Source of the DNA: the human T2T-CHM13v2.0 reference genome, Homo sapiens
Length of the DNA: 64,000 bases
Strand: one strand, 5' to 3'
NCBI RefSeq assembly: GCF_009914755.1
Contig: NC_060930.1
The translations under genes were made by a program, and so were the position numbers. The stretch's first letter is position 1. Each line of letters starts with the position of its first letter. This document shows, in pieces, positions 31,900-45,856 of this stretch. Under the pieces are notes generated by a model. The model saw only the letters and a program-made list of their open reading frames with translations. It ran no database searches and was not told the DNA's origin.

Positions 31900-32686
31900 C
31901 TAACCAACCAGTGAAACTCCACACAAAGATATGTGGTTCATGATTCTTTCTTTAAAGATTTCCAACTGAAGCTTAGCACAGCACTAACCTCAAAACTCCA
32001 TGTTTTCCATTCCAATCCCAAATTTCCCCTTTATCTTTTTTCTTTTTTTTTTTGCTCCTCAGCAGTTTCTCTGTATCGAGCCCATTCCTCACTCTCATTT
32101 TTGCTCTGGTGGCTGAACTACTTGCTCGTAGCCCCAGATCTTAGATTCGCCTCTGACTCATGTGTCTAGCTCATATCCTCTGGCAGGTTGCTCCCATAGA
32201 TAATCTACCAGTAACAACTGCCTTATCTAACTGGTACTGGGACTCTGTTACTGCCCTGATAAGGGGGCCTCTCCCCTCAGAGAGCACATATTGACTATGA
32301 AACTGATCGCTTCCAGGAATATGTAGGACGATCTACAGGTGACGAAAATCATTACAGGCAACTGGGTTTGGGTTCAGCCTGCTCTAGCATTTCTCTTTGT
32401 TTTTTAATGTGTTTCATTCTGTTTATGTGCAATTTTAGTTAATGCTGTTTGGAATAGTCTTTCAGTCTGTAAACCCAATATGTTGCCATAGAAACAGTTC
32501 TCCATCTGAAATACATCCAATCAATTCTAAAATTATCATTCAGAAAATCTTCATAAATTAGAAGTAATCCAACAGATACCCAGAATGTCAGCATTTTCAG
32601 CATTTAGGTAATGAGCTGCATTTTCTCCTTTTATTTAATTATTTTAAAATCAAGAAATCAACAGCAAAGAATCCAACTTAGATACA

Positions 32687-33054
32687 CAGATGCTCCCTGA
32701 CTCGTGATACAGTTCCATTCCAATAAACCCATCATAAGTTGAAAATATGTTAAATTGAAAATACATTTAATATATTTAAGCTACAGAACATCATAGCTTA
32801 GCCTGGCCTACTGTAAATGCGCTCTGAACACTTACATTAGCCTAACGTGGGGCAAAATCATCTAAAACAAAGCCTATTTTATGATGAAGTGTTGAATATC
32901 TCATGTAATTTATTGAGTACTGTACTGAAAGTGAAAAAACAGAATGGTTATATGATATATAAAGTACAGTTTCTGCTGAATGCATATTGTTTTTGTACGA
33001 TCATAAAGTCAAAAAAAATTCTAAGTCAAACCATTGTAAGCCAAGGACCATGTG
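32687..33054 (+). mobile_element. MER47A-like TcMar-Tigger MITE
   Basis: CAGATGCTCC...ATAAACCCATCATAAGTTGAAAATAT...CATCATAGCTTAGCCTGGCCTAC...GGACCATGTG followed by TA. Confidence 0.85.
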
Positions 33055-34656
33055 TACATGGAAATAGAAAGATATTCAAGCTAGGAAAATTCTTCATTGA
33101 TTATTTTATTCTGGAAACAACATTATTATAGAACAACATACGCCATTTAGAAAAGACAAGGTTATATTTCCTTTTTTAATTTTTTTTACTTTTATTTTAG
33201 GTTCAAGGGTATCTAGGTGTTCAGGTTTGTTATATAGGCAAACTGCATGTCACAGGGGTTTGGTGTACAGATTATTTTATCATGCAGGTAGTAAGTATAA
33301 TATTCAATAGGTATTTTTTTCTGATCCTCTCCCTCCTCCCACCCTTCACCCTCAAGTAGGCTCTGATGTATGTTGTTCCCCTCTTTGTGTCCATGTATTT
33401 TCATTGTTTAGCTTCCACTTACAAATGAGAATGTGCAGTATTTAATTTTCTTTTCCTGCATTAGTTTGCTAAGGATAATGGCCTCCAGCTCCATCCATAT
33501 TGCTGCAAAGGACATGATCTCCTTTTTTATGGCTGTGTAGTATTCCATGGTGTATATATACCACATTCTTTTAATCCAGTCTACAGTTGATGGGCATTTA
33601 GGTTGATTCCATGTCTTTGCTATTGCAAATAGTGCTAAGATGAACATATGCATGCATTTGTCCTTATGGTAGAAGGATTTTTATCCCCTTGGGTACTCAC
33701 CCAATAATGGGATTGCTGGGACAAATGGTAATTCTGTTTCAAGTTCGTTGAGGAATCACCACACTGCTTTCTACAATGGCTGAACTAATTTACACTCCCA
33801 ACAACAGCGTATAAGAGTATCCTTTTCTCTGCAACCTCATCAGCATCTACTTTTTTTTTATCATAGCCACTCTGATTAGTATGAGGTAGTACATCATTGT
33901 GGTTTTGATTTCCATTTCTCTAATAATTAGTGATGTTGAGTTTTTTTCATGTGCCTGTTTGTTGCATGTATGTCTTCTTTTGAAAAGGTTCTATTCATAT
34001 CCTTTGCCTACTTTCTAATGGGGTTGTTTGCTTTTCGCTTGTAACTTTGTATAAATTCCAAATAGATTCTGGATATTAGACTTTTGTTGGACGCATACTT
34101 TGCAAATATTTTCTATCATTCTGTAGGTTGTTTGTTTACTCTGTTGATAGTTTCTTTTGCTATGCAGAAGCTCTCTAGTTTAATTAGGTCCCGCTTGTTA
34201 ATTTTTGTTTTTGCAACAATTGCTTTTAGTGTTTTCAGCATGAAATCTTTGCCAGGTCCTTTGTCCAGAATGGTATATCTTAGATTATCTTTCAGGGTTT
34301 TTATAGTTTTAGGTTTTACATTTAAGTCTTTAATCCATCTTGAGTTGATTTTTGTATATGGTTTAAGGAAGGGATCCAGTTTCAGTCTTCAGCATATGGC
34401 TACTGAGTTATCCCAGCATCATATATTGATGGGAAGTCCTTTCCCCATTGCTTGTTTTTGTCAGCTTGGTTAAAGATCAGGTGGTTGTAGGTATGCAGAA
34501 TCATTTCTGGACTCTCTATTCTGCTCCATTGGTCTATGTAACTGTTTTTGCACCAGTACCATGCTGTTTTAGTTATTGTAACCTTGTAGTATAGTTTGAA
34601 GTTGGGTAATGGGATGCCTCCAGCCTTGTTCTTTTTGCTTAGAATTGCCTTGGCTA

Positions 34657-34968
34657 GGCTGGGTGTGGTGGCTCATGCCTGTAATCTCAGTACTTTGGGA
34701 GGCCGAGGCAGGCGGATCATGAGGTCAGGAGTTCAAGACCAACCTGACCAACATAGTGAAACCCCATCTCTACTAAAAATACAAAAATTAGCCTGGCATG
34801 GTGGCTCACACCTGTAGTCCTAGCTACTAAGGAGGCTGAGGCAGGAGAATCACTTTAACCTGGAAGGCAGAGGTTGCAGTGAGGCAAGATCCCGTCATTG
34901 CACTCCAGCTTGGGTGACAGAGCAAGACTCTGTCTCAAACAAACAAACAAACAAACAAACAAACAAAA
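34657..34968 (+). mobile_element. AluS (Sg-like) inserted in L1 ORF2, with (AAAC)n tail
   Basis: Perfect TSD AGAATTGCCTTGGCTA at 34641-34656 and 34969-34984. Confidence 0.96.
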
Positions 34969-35133
34969 AGAATTGCCTTGGCTATTTTGGCTCTTTTTTG
35001 TTTCAATATGAATTTTAGAATAGTTTTTTCTAATTCTGTGAAGAATGTCATTGGTAGTTTGATAGGGAAAGCATTGAATCTGTTAATTGCTTTGGGCAGT
35101 GTGGCCATTTTAACAATATTGAGTCTTTCTATC

Positions 35134-37408
35134 TGTATTAGTTTATTCTCACACTGCTATAAAGAACTCCTGGAGACTGGGTAATTTATAAAGGAAAGAG
35201 GTTTAATTGAGTCACAGTTCCACATGGCTGGCAAGGCCTTAGGAAACTTAAAATCATGGCAGAAGGGAAAGCAAACATGTTTTTCACATGGCAGCAGGAA
35301 AGAGAAGTGCAGAGTGAAGGAGGGGAAAGCCCATTATAAAACTGTCAGATATCACGAGAACTCACTCACTATCATGAGAACAGCATGGGGGAACCGCCCC
35401 CTGTGATCTAATCACCTCCCACAAGATCCCTCCCCTAACATGTGGGGATTACAATTCAGGTTACAGTTCAAGGTGAGATTTTGAGTGGGGACACAGCCAA
35501 ACCATATCATTTTGTGCCTGGCTCTTCCCAAATCTCATGTCCTCACATTTCAAAAAATAATCATGCCTTTCCAATAGTTCCCCAAAGTCTTAACTCATTC
35601 CAGCATTAGCCCAAAAGTCCAAGTCCAAAGTCTCATCTGAGATAAGTCAAGTCCCTTCCACCTATGAGAGTGTAAAATCAAAAGCAAGTTAGTTATTTCC
35701 TAGATACAGTTGGGGTACAGGCATTGGTTAAATATACCCATTCCAAATGGGAGAAATTGGACAAAACAAGGGGCTACAGGCCCCATGCAAGTCCAAAATC
35801 CAATAAGGCAGCCACTAAACCTTAAAGTTCCAAAATGTTCTCCTTTGACTCCATGCCTCACATCCAGGTCACTGATGCAAGAGGTGGACTCCCATGCCTT
35901 GGGTAGCTCCATCCCTGTGGCTTTGCAGAGCACAGCCTGCCTCCTGGCTGCTTTCACGGGCTGGTGTTGAGTGCCTGCAGCTTTTCCAGGCACATGGTGC
36001 AAGTTGTTGGATCTACCATCCTAGGGTCTGGAAGACAGTGGCCTTCTTCTCACAGCTCCATTAGGCAGTGCCCCAGTGGGGACTCTGTGTAGGGTCTCAG
36101 ATCCCACATTTCCTTTCTGCACTGCCCTAGCAGAGGTTCTCCTTGAGGACTCTGCCTCTACAGCAAACTTCTGCCTAGATATCCAGGTGTTTCCATACAT
36201 CCTCTGAAATCTAGGTGAAGATTCCAAAACTTCACTTCTTGACTTCCGTGTGCCCACAGGCTCTACACCACTTGGAAGCTACCAAGGCCTGGGCTTGCAC
36301 CCTTTAAAGCAATGTCCTGAGTTGTACCTTGGGCCTTTTAGGCATGGCTGGAGCAGCTGGAACTCAGGGTACCAAGTCCCAAGGCTGCACACAGCAATGG
36401 GGCCCTCGCCCTGGCCCATGAAATCATTTTTCCCTCCTAGGCCTCCAGCTGCTGTGAAGGTCTGTGACATGCCCTGGAGACATTTTCCCCATTGTCTTTG
36501 GTGAACAACATTTGGCTCCTAGTTACTTACGTAAATTTCTGCAGTCATATTTAATTTCTCCCCCCAAAAATGGGTTTTTCTTTTCTACTGCAGCCTCAGG
36601 CTACAAATTTTCCAAACTTGTATGTTCTGTCACCTCTATAATGCTTTGCTGCTTAGAAGTTTCTTTTGCTAGATACCCTAAATCATTTCCCTCAAGTTCA
36701 AAGTTCCACAGATCCTTAGGGCAGGGGCAAAATGCCACCAGTCTCTTTGCTAAGGCATACCTAGAGTGACCTTTACTCCAGTTCCAAGAAGTTCCTCATC
36801 TCCATCTGAGACCACCTCAGCCTGAACTTTATTGTCCATATCACTATCAGCATTTTGGCCAAAACCATTCAACAAGTCTTTAGGAAGTTCCAAACTTTCC
36901 TACATCTTTCTATCTTCTTTTGAGCCCTCCAAACTGATCCAACCTCTGCCTGTTACCCAGTTCCAAAGTTTCTTCCACATTTTGGGTTATCTTTACGGCA
37001 GCACCCCACTCTCTGAGCTACCAATTTACTGCATTAGTCCATTTTCATGCTGCTATAAAGAACTCCCTGTGACTGGGTAATTTATTAAGGAAAGAGGTTT
37101 AATTAACTCACAATTCTGCATGGCTGGGGAGGTCTCAGGAAACTTAAAATCATGGCAGAAGGAGAAGCAAACACTTCCTTCTTCCCATGGCAGCAGGAGA
37201 GAGAAGTGCAGAGTGAAGTGGGGAAAAACCCCTTATAAAGTAATCAGATCTCATGAGAACTTACTCACTATCATGAGAACAGCATGAGGGAACAACCTCC
37301 ATGATCTAATCACCTCCCATGAGGGTCCCTCCCCCAACACATAGGGGTTACAATTCGGATTACAATTCAAGATGAGATTTTGGGTGGGGACACAGCCAAA
37401 CCATATCA
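35134..37408 (-). mobile_element. Complete THE1 (THE1D-like) MaLR provirus, LTR-internal-LTR
   Basis: LTRs 35134-35509 and 37030-37408 (TGTATTAG/TGCATTAG...CAGCCAAACCATATCA), internal region about 1.5 kb. Perfect 5-bp TSD CTATC; removing the element restores L1 TTTCTATCCATCAGCATGG. Confidence 0.93.
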
Positions 37409-40400
37409 CTATCCATCAGCATGGAATGTTTATTCATTCGTTTGTGTCATTTCTTATTTCTTCAAGCAGTGTTTGTAATTCTCCTCTTGAAGATCTTTCA
37501 CCTCCCTGGTTAGCTGTATTACTGGGTATTTTATTCTTTTTGTGGCAATTGTAAATGGGATTGCTTTCCTGATTTGGCTCTTGGCTTGGATGTTGTTGGT
37601 GTATGAGAATGCTACTGACTTTTATACATTGATTTTATATCCTGAAACTTTGCTGAAGTTGTTTCTAAGATCAAGGAGCTTTTGGGTAGAGACTAGGGGC
37701 TTTTCAAGATATAAAATCATATTGTCTGTAAACAGAGATAGCTTGACTTCCTCTCTTCTTATTTGGATACCTTTTATTTATTTCTCCTGACTAAATTGCT
37801 CTGGCCAGAACTTCCAGTACTATGTTGAATAAGAGGAGTGAGAGAGAACATCCTTGTCTTGTTCCAGTTTTCAAAAGGAATGCTTCCAGCTTTTGCCCAT
37901 TCAATATGATGTTGGTTGGGGGTTTGCTGTTGATGGCTCTTAGCATTTTGAAGTATGTTCCTTCAACACCTAGTTTATTGAGAGTTTTTAACATAAAGCG
38001 ATGTTGGATTTTATCAAAAGCCTTTTCTGCATCTATTGAGATAATCATGGTTTTTGGTTTTTGTTCTGTTTATGCTGATTAGTCACATTTATTGATTTGC
38101 ATATGTTAATCACCCTTGCATCCCAGGGATAAAGCCTACTTGATAATGGTGGTTAGGTTTTTGATGTACTGTTGGATTCAGTTTTCTAGTGTTTTATTGA
38201 GAATTTTTGCATCTATGTTCATCAAGAATATTGGCGTGAAGTTTTCTCTTTTTGTTGTGTCTCTGCCAGGTTTTGGTATCAGGATGATGCTGATCTCATA
38301 GAATGAGTTTTTTGGAATAGTTTCAGTAGGAATAGTACTAGCTCTTCTTTACACATCTGGTAGAATTTGGCTGCATCTGGTCCTGGACATTTTTTGGTTG
38401 GTAGGCTTTTTATTACTGCTTCCATTTTGAAACTCATTACTGGTCTGTTCAGGGATTCAATTTCTTCCTGGTTCAGTCTTCAGAGGTTGTCTATGTCCAG
38501 GAATTTGTCGATTCTTCTGGATTTTCTAGTTTGTGTGCATAGAGGTGTTTATAGTGGTCTCTGAGGGTTTTTGTATTTCTGCAGGATAAGTGATAACGTC
38601 CCCTTTATCATTTCTAATTGTTTTTATTTGGATCTTCGCTCTTTTTTTCATTATTATTCTGGATACTAGTCTATTTTTCTTATTAGTTTTTTCAAAGAAC
38701 GAACTCCTGGATTCATTGTTTTTTTGTATGGTTTTTCATATTTCCTTCAATTCAGCTCTGATTTTGGTTATTTCTTGTCTTTTGCTAGCTTTGGGGTTGG
38801 TTTGCTCTTATTTCTGTAGTTCCTGTAGTTGTAATGTTACGTTGTTAATTTTAGATCTTTCTAACTTTTTGATGTGAGTGTTTAGTGCTATAAACTTCCC
38901 TCATAACACTGCCTTAGCTGTGTCTGAGAGATTCTGGTACGTTGTATCTCTGTTCTCATTTATTTAAAAAATTTATTGATGTCTGACCTAATTTTACTGT
39001 TTATCCAAAAGTCATTCAGGAGCAGATTGTTCAATTTCCATGTAATTGTATACTTTTGAGTGATTTTCTTAGTATTTATTTCTATTTTTATTGCACTATG
39101 GTCTGAGTGTGTGGTTGGTATGATTTTGGGTTTTTATTTTAATTTGCTGAGGATAGTTTTATTTCCAATCGCGTAGTCTATTTTAGAGTATGTGTCATGT
39201 TCAGGTGAGAATGTATAGTCTATTGTTTTTGGGTGGAGAGTTCTGTGGATGTCTATCAGGTCATTTGATCAAGTGCCAACTTCACATCCTGAATATCTTT
39301 GTTAATTTTCTGCCTTTATGACCTGTCTAATACTGTGATAGGGGAACTGGAGTCTACCACTATTATAGTCTGTGAATGTAAGTCTCTCCATAGGTCTCTA
39401 ACAACTTGCTTTATGAGTCTGTATGCTCCTGTATTGGGTGCATATATATTTAGGATAGTTAGGTCTTCTTGCAGAATTGAACCCTTTACCATTATGTAAT
39501 GCCCTTCTTTTCTTTCTTTATCTTTGTTGGTTTAAAGTCTGTTTTGTCTGAAATTAGGATAGCAACTCCTGCTTTTTTCTGTTTTCCATTTGCTTAGTAT
39601 ATTTTTCTCCATCCTTTTATTTTCAGCATATAGGTGTCTGCATGTGAAATGGGTCTCCTGGAGACCATATATCATTGGGCCTTGCTTCTTTATCCAGCTT
39701 GCCACTCTGTGCCCTTTAATTGAGGCATTTAGCCCATTTACATTCAAGGTCACTATTGATATATGTGGATTTGATCTTGTCATTGTGCTGTTAGCTGGTT
39801 ACTACACAGGCTTGTTTGTGTGGTTGCTTTATAATGTCACTGGTCTGTGTACTTAAGTGTATTTTTGTAGTGGCTGGTAATGGTCTTTTCTTTCCATATT
39901 TAGTACTCCTTTTAGGACCTCTCATAAAGTAGGCCTGGTGGTAACCAATTCCCTCAGCATTTGCTTGTCTGAGAAGAATCTTACTTCTCCTTCACTTATG
40001 AAGCTTAGTTTGGTTGGATATCAAATTCTTCATTGAAAATTATTTTATTTAAGAATGCTGAATATAGGCCCCCAATCTCTTCTGGCGTGTAGGGTTTCTG
40101 CTGAAAGGTCTGCTGTTAGTTTAACAAGATTCTTTTGGTAGGTGACCTGCCCCTTCTCTCTAGCTGCCTTTAACATTTTTTCTATCATTTCAACCTTGGA
40201 GAATCTGAAGATTATGTGTCTTGGGGATGGTCTTCTCATGTAGTAGCTCACAGGAGTTTTCTGAATTCCCTGAATTTGAATGTTGGCCTCTCTAACAAGG
40301 TTGGGATAGCCTAGCTAGACGATATCCTGAAATATGTTTTCCAAGTTGTTTGCTTTCTCCCCATCTCTTTCAGGGATGCCAATGAGTCACAGGTTTGGTC

Positions 40401-41229
40401 TCTTTACATAATCTCATATTACTCAAAGGTTTTGTTCATTCTTTTTTATTCTTTTTTCTTGTTTTTGTCTGACTGAGTTATTTCAGAGAGCTGGTCTTCA
40501 AGCACTGAGATGCTTTTCTCAGCTTGGTCTAGTCTTCTGTTAATAATTGTGATTGCATTATGAAATTCTTGTCATGTGTTTTTCAGCTCTATCTGATCAA
40601 TTTGGTTCTTTTTTATAATGGCCATTTCACCTATCAGTTCCTGTATCATTTTATTATAATCCTTACATTTCTTGGACTGGGTTTTTACTTTTTCCTGAAT
40701 CTCAATGATCTTTCTTCCTATTCATATTCTGAATTCTATTTCCATCATTTCCATCAGCAAGCCTAGTTAAGAATGCTTGCTGGAGAACTAGTGCATTCAT
40801 TTGGAGGAAAGAAGACACTCTGGCTTTTTGAGTTGCCAGAGTTCTTACACTGGTTCTTTCTCAACTGTGTGCACTGGTGTTCCTTTAACTGCAATGTATA
40901 TTGAGTACAGCCAATTGACTTCTTTTCTGGATGTTTTCAGAGGCCCAAGTCTTTGTGCAGGGTCTTTATTTGTAGCTGAATTCTTGTCACTGGTTTCACA
41001 AGAGGGTATATTAGCTAAGTGTTATTGGTGTTGAAGTTTTGGACTGTCATCCAATAGGTGGTGCTTAAGTGTAATGGCTGGTAGGTAGGCTCTTGCTTAG
41101 CCACATGATTTCTCTGTATTTCCTCAGGATTGCAGCTGGGCTCCCTCTCAGTGCTGTGAATGGGTGGTCTCCTCTCCCACTTGAGTGCTGGCTGCATATC
41201 TCGGCTTGGCACTCCTGGGCTGCACATTA

Positions 41230-43189
41230 CAATTCTGGGGTGAGTTCAAACTTTCTGTACCCTCTCAAGCTTGGAGGCAGCAGGTGAAGGGACCTTAGCA
41301 GTGGCTGTGGCAGAGTGTCTTTCACTTGTCTTTTGACAAGAGGCTCACACCTCTTTCTGATGTGGAGCCACTATCAATCGGTGTGATCAGCCCAGGATGG
41401 GGCCACCGCACTTTGGACCCAAGGGCAAGGGGAGGCCCTGGTAGTGATGAGCAGGGAGAGCAGGTGGGTCCTGGAGGGATACAGACTGGCCTCTTCTCCT
41501 TAGGGCAACTTCAGCTTACCAAAGGTGTGGTTGAAGCACTCAGGGTCTCTGCTCCTTCCTTAGTCTGAGGGAAGCAAGAGAAGTACCACAGCAGCGGCAG
41601 TGGCAAAGGGCCTTTCAGTTATCTCTGGGAATTCTACCTCAGAGAAGCAGAACCACTGCCAATGGGAGTATTCAGCCAGGGGGTGGGTTGGCTGCACTGC
41701 TGGCATGAGTTGGGCACTCCACTTGGTGAAGAGGGGGTGGAAGGCTCACAGGGAGGAGAGACTGGGCTTTTCTTCCGATGGTGACTGTGGTGTGCTGAAA
41801 GTGCAGGTGAAGCCCTCAGGCTCTTTGTTTCTTCCCCAGATGGAGGGCAGCAGAGGCAGAACCATTGCTATGGCAGAGGGGTGTTGGTTCCCTCTGGGAG
41901 CCCCTCCTCTGGGAAACTCGGAGCCACTCCCAGTGGGCATCCTTAGCTGTGGTTGGGGCGACTGATCTGCAGTCCTGACCCAGGGGCCCTACCTGGTGAA
42001 GAGTTGAGGGTGGGGGTTCACAGAGAAGAGAGACAGGACTCTGTATGGGGGCTACACAGTGCAGGAGGTGCTAGCACAGGAACTAAGCCCTTTGTTCCTT
42101 CCTTAGCCTGAGGGTGGTTAGGGTGGTACCACTACAGGTGCAATGGTGGAGGGGTTGTGGGTTGACTCCAGGATTTCCTCCTTAGACAAATGCAGAGCTG
42201 CTGCTGACTGAAGTGCCCAGGCAGGGCAGAGTAGTTATGCGGGAGTCCCAGGTCAGGAGGCCCTGCCCAGTGAGGAGAAGCAGGGACAGGGACCAAGTGA
42301 AGAACAGTCCAGATGAGAGGTGAAGCCAGCTGGACTTCCTGGGTCAAGTGGGGATTTGAAGAACTTTTCTGTCTTACAAGAGGATTGTAAAATGCACCAA
42401 TCTGCATTCTGTAGTTAGGATTGTAAAATACACCAATCAGCGCTCTGTAGCTAGCTAGAGGTTTGTAAAATAGACCAATCAGCACTCTGTAAAATGGACC
42501 AATCAGCAGGACAAGGGCGGGGACAAATAAGGGAATACAAGCTGGCCACCCCAGCCAGCAGCGGCACCCACTCAGGTCCCCTTCCATGCTGTGGAAGCTT
42601 TGTTCTTTCACTCTTCACAATAAATCTTGCTGCTGCTCACTCTTTGGGTCCATGCCATCTTTAAGAGCTATAACACTCACTGCGAAGGTCCACGGCTCCA
42701 TTCTTGAAGTCAGCGAGACCACGAATGAACCCATGGGAAGGAACCAACTCCAGACACACAGACACTTTTCTGTGAAGCAGTTGTGCTGCACTGGGGATCC
42801 ATGCCAGTTCCTAATCACCGTGCACCCTCCAGCACCTGAGGGCAAAAGCAGCAAGGGCTGTGAGACAGCAAAAACGGCAGCCATCTTCTCCTTCTGGGAG
42901 CTCTGTCCCAGGGGAGTGCAAAGCTGGTACCAGCCCTAGAGCCCTGGTAGGGGGTGGCTGGAGTCCCAGGTCAGGAGGCCCCGACCAGTGACGAGAAGCG
43001 GTACTGGGGACCCATGTGGAAAACAGTCCGGCCACTTTTCCATGTGGTGGCTGCACTGTGCTAGAGTCCGTGCTAGTCCCTAATCACCAGGCACTTTCCA
43101 GAGCCTGAAGGCAAGAGCAGCAAGGGCTGTGAGACAGCCAAGATGGCAGCCTGCCTTGCCCCCTTGGAGCTTCCTCCCAGGAAGTGCAG
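41230..43189 (-). repeat. Array of about six diverged ~270-290 bp monomers in the L1 5'UTR
   Basis: Anchor T(G)GA(G/A)GG recurs at 41272, 41566, 41841, 42109, 42837 and 43106; spacings 294/275/268/279/269 after removing the LTR12. Confidence 0.75.
42314..42758 (+). mobile_element. LTR12-family (LTR12F-like, ERV9) solo LTR
   Basis: TGAGAGGTGAAGCCAGCTGG...CTCCAGACACA; four CCAAT boxes, GC box, AATAAA at 42619; 4-bp TSD CAGA. Confidence 0.9.
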
Positions 43190-43457
43190 AAGATTATATT
43201 TCAAATGACTACACAATAGTGATAATGCAAGGTGGGGGAACTGCTTCATTTCAACAGTGTTATTCTCCTTAGAAGAAAAGCCTGTAAATATATGTATCAG
43301 AAAAAGTTTCTAATTTTTAGAGTAGGTTTTTAATACTCTTTTATATCTCTTGTCTCCTTGAAAATATTTTAAACACTCAGTAGTCCCAAGTGGAAAGTTA
43401 TTAGGAGTCACGTAGTTCTTGCAAAGGAAGTCACAGATTGAAAATAAGGAGAATCCC

Positions 43458-44407
<950 letters not shown>

Positions 44408-44637
44408 TAAGGAGAATCCCCCAAACTAAGGAAAGGGACCAGAAATGTTTCTTTCTTGAAATTTATGGTAAACATAATAAAAATAATGAGATGAGCCATC
44501 AGTAAAATAAGTTCACCCCAAATGATAATTAGTTCAAGTATTGTCAAAAAATTCAAGTGTTTCCCAAATTTTTTCCTGGAGTTCACATTATTTCACTAAA
44601 ATTTCACCAGAAAAACATTAGTATAGAATATTGAGAG

Positions 44638-44838
44638 CAGTACTGTTCAATACAACTTTCTGTGATGATAGAAGTGCACTGTAATCTGTACTGTTCAATA
44701 TGGTACCTACTAGCTACATATGGGTATTGAGCACTTGAATGTAGCTAGCAACTAAAGAGCTAAATTTCTTTAAAATGTTAATTAATTTAAATTTAAATTA
44801 TAGCATGTGGCTAGTAGCTACCATTTCGAACAATGCTA
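44638..44838. mobile_element. MER3 hAT-Charlie transposon
   Basis: CAGTACTGTTCAATACAACTTTCTGTGATGATAGAA...CTAGCTACATATGGGTATTGAGCACTTGAA...ATGTGGCTAGTAGCTACC. Confidence 0.8.
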
Positions 44839-44849
44839 TTTAATAGCTG

Positions 44850-45180
44850 AATACTCACAGAGTTGGGCTCAAACTGCTGAGGTTCAAACTCTGGTTTCAC
44901 ATTTCACTACTTTGTTATTCTTCTCCTGTTGTTGGGTTGATGTCAAGATTCAGTGTGTTAAATTATATGTTAAATAAATCTTAGCAATTGTTATTATTAT
45001 ATACCAGTTACACAATTTACCAGCCACATGCTCAAGTTACCTAACCTCACAAAACCAATTTCACCCACTAATAATACTATTGTATGGGATTTTTATGAGA
45101 ATTAAATGAACTAATGTGTAAAATTGCTTAGTATATGCCCATCACATGGAAGCACTCAATACCTGTTAAATGCTATTATT
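44850..45180 (+). mobile_element. MIR fragments
   Basis: GGTTCAAACTCTGG..., CAAGTTACCTAACCTC...TGAGAATTAAATGA...GGAAGCACTCAATA. Confidence 0.6.
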
Positions 45181-45540
45181 AAATTATTATCAAAACAATG
45201 TTGAAACAAATTTTTGTAACTTGCAGGAAATACTGGGAAAATATACTGAAGTTATAATGATTTATAAGGTGAGCAAATAATTTTGAGTCAAGTCAAATTT
45301 GTTCAACAGTAAAATTTTAAAAATTGCAAACCTTGAGTGATTCCATCAAGATTTATAGAGCACGTGGGATTCATCTTAATTAACACAGTCTGCCAACTTT
45401 TCTTTTCCTCAGCTGAAGCCTTAACAAAAATAAATCTATATGAATATGTATTTACCTTGTCTTTCTTATTATGGTTTTACTCTCTTCTTATTTTCGGTAC
45501 CTGGTAGCACAAGAAAGTTAGTTAGAACAAATATATCACT

Positions 45541-45856
<316 letters not shown>

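Larger units (their letters stand above)
33171..43189 (-). mobile_element. Full-length old LINE-1 (L1PA15/16-like) with three nested insertions
   Basis: 3'UTR CTGATCCTCTCCCTCCTCCCACCCTTCACCCTCAAGTAGG; ORF2 start 39783 (MTRSNPHISIVTLNVNGLN); ORF1 remnant (PRHIIFRFSKVEM...RRDWGPIF); long GC-rich 5'UTR. TSD AAG(G/A)TTATATTTC at 33158-33170 and 43190-43202. Confidence 0.88.

Noticed and set aside
41230-43189. Periodic repeats as a CRISPR-like or satellite array
   Set aside because: Units are ~270-bp diverged monomers without unique spacers and lie inside an L1 bounded by its TSD; eukaryotic context.
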